A stretch of DNA of 64,000 nucleotides, taken from Camelus ferus (taxonomy: Eukaryota). The notes under the pieces are model-generated. The model was not told where the DNA came from, ran no database searches, and was given only the letters and a program-made list of their open reading frames with translations. Shown one piece after another: positions 62,726 through 64,000 of this stretch. Where the stretch lies: assembly GCF_009834535.1 (NCBI RefSeq), contig NC_045697.1, positions 45,262,001-45,326,000 of the forward strand, in the 5' to 3' direction. The translations under genes were made by a program, and so were the position numbers. Position 1 is the first letter of the stretch, and each line of letters starts with the position of its first letter.

Positions 62726-64000
62726 AATGGGATTGTTATCCAGCATGCTACAATGAGCTCCTTCATTGAGGAAGACTTCCCTGAAAACCCGATATTTTTT
62801 GTTTTCTATATTCCCTTTCCATTTCCATTCTTGCTTGTACTTGAGTACTCTATGTATTCATTCTATGCTATTTGGAATTGTTTGAGGAAGGACATTTGAT
62901 ATAAAATAAAAAGTAACAATACAATGGCATTTTAGTTGGACCAGTGGTGCAGATTGTGTGGTTCTTCCCACTGCACACCTCAGTGGGGTGCTGGAGGGGC
63001 TTAGACTGACTTCTGAGAGCTGTTTTGCTCCCCCCTCTTCCCAGTCCCACATTTAGTGGTGTCACACTGGTCGCCTGAAATTAGCCACGGTGGCTAATCA
63101 GGTGTGATTTGACCTTTACAGACCAGTTGTATCTTCACCCTTCCCCCACCACAGGAGACCCAATTGTCCAATTGTTAAACATTTCTCAACCCATCATGGC
63201 CTGCGATCGACAAATGAAAGCAGAAGGGCAGAAATGCATCATGAAACTCCACTTGGAAGTCTTCATGCTGGGGGAATATTACAGCTGATTCAGTTATGCA
63301 GCGACCCATGTAAACTGAGACCATGGGGCTGAGAGCAGCTCTTTTGAACAAGCACAACAAAACAGGTAGATCTAAATGTGTTCCCTTTCAAAATTACTAC
63401 CTTGAAAAACGATACATTTGTCCTACTTAGTTGTCACTGCTTGAATTAATCTTGAAGTCTCTTCTTGAAACCAGTTCCACAGAAACGTTTATGAAGCATG
63501 CACACCATGCATTACTTCATAGTTTGATACATAAGACACAAAAATGCTTAACTATCTCAATCCTTACCCCACTCTGACCTGCGGCTGCTGGCATCAGCTG
63601 CCATTCCTCCACTCAGTTCTCTCTGCCCTTAAGCCCTATGGGTTCTCAGCAAGACTTCCAATGTTCCATATTCCTTGCTTCAGTGGCACTGCCAAGATGA
63701 GCCAGCTCAGTTCCTAATCAGATATGCAACCAAAAAGTGAATCCTCAGTCACCATTGCCGGAAGTCACCCCAAACCTCATCAGGATTCTTGCGGGGTTTG
63801 CCCTCCCTTGGAATCAGGGAGGAAAAGTCCTCTCTGCCCAGTAGGGGGAGCTGAAGGGAGGAAATAGTTTTTTCCTAATACGCTGTGCTCCCCTGAAAGA
63901 TGAAGTCTTTTTTGGTTCCCATTTCTCCTCTTACGTTGTTGAGGGGTGAGAGAAAGGGAAGTAGAAATGCCTTGTCCTGACACCTCAAGCCTTGGAGAGG

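Noticed and set aside
1..64000. CRISPR array, prokaryotic operon, NUMT, non-retroviral endogenous viral element or processed pseudogene
   Set aside because: I saw no regularly spaced repeats, gene-dense organisation or recognisable mitochondrial, viral or mRNA-derived sequence; a translated search of the repeat-masked window would be needed to exclude very decayed copies

Overview
Mammalian non-coding DNA (intergenic or deep intronic), most likely from a camelid. It contains four tRNA-derived SINEs resembling the camelid Vic-1 family and camelid/cetartiodactyl-type L1 3' UTRs. I saw no Alu, B1, BovB/Bov-tA, PRE-1 or CAN-SINE. I found no host protein-coding gene, RNA gene, prokaryotic system or CRISPR array. 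The ORFs I can recognise are decayed LINE-1 ORF2 fragments; the rest look like chance ORFs. The window is a layered transposon landscape: young and older L1s (several with target-site duplications, one 5'-inverted, one internally deleted, one ultra-short and nested), SINEs, ERV1/ERVL/MaLR solo LTRs, hAT DNA transposons, MIR and L2. Unique stretches carry a textbook CTCF motif (8989-9007), candidate enhancer motif clusters (NF-kB, ETS, ETS-IRF, CRE, octamer), two candidate non-coding spliced units and a cluster of nested AT-rich palindromes. I see no evidence of a new biological system. Repeat family names come from recalled consensus sequences, not a database search, and boundaries without TSDs are approximate.
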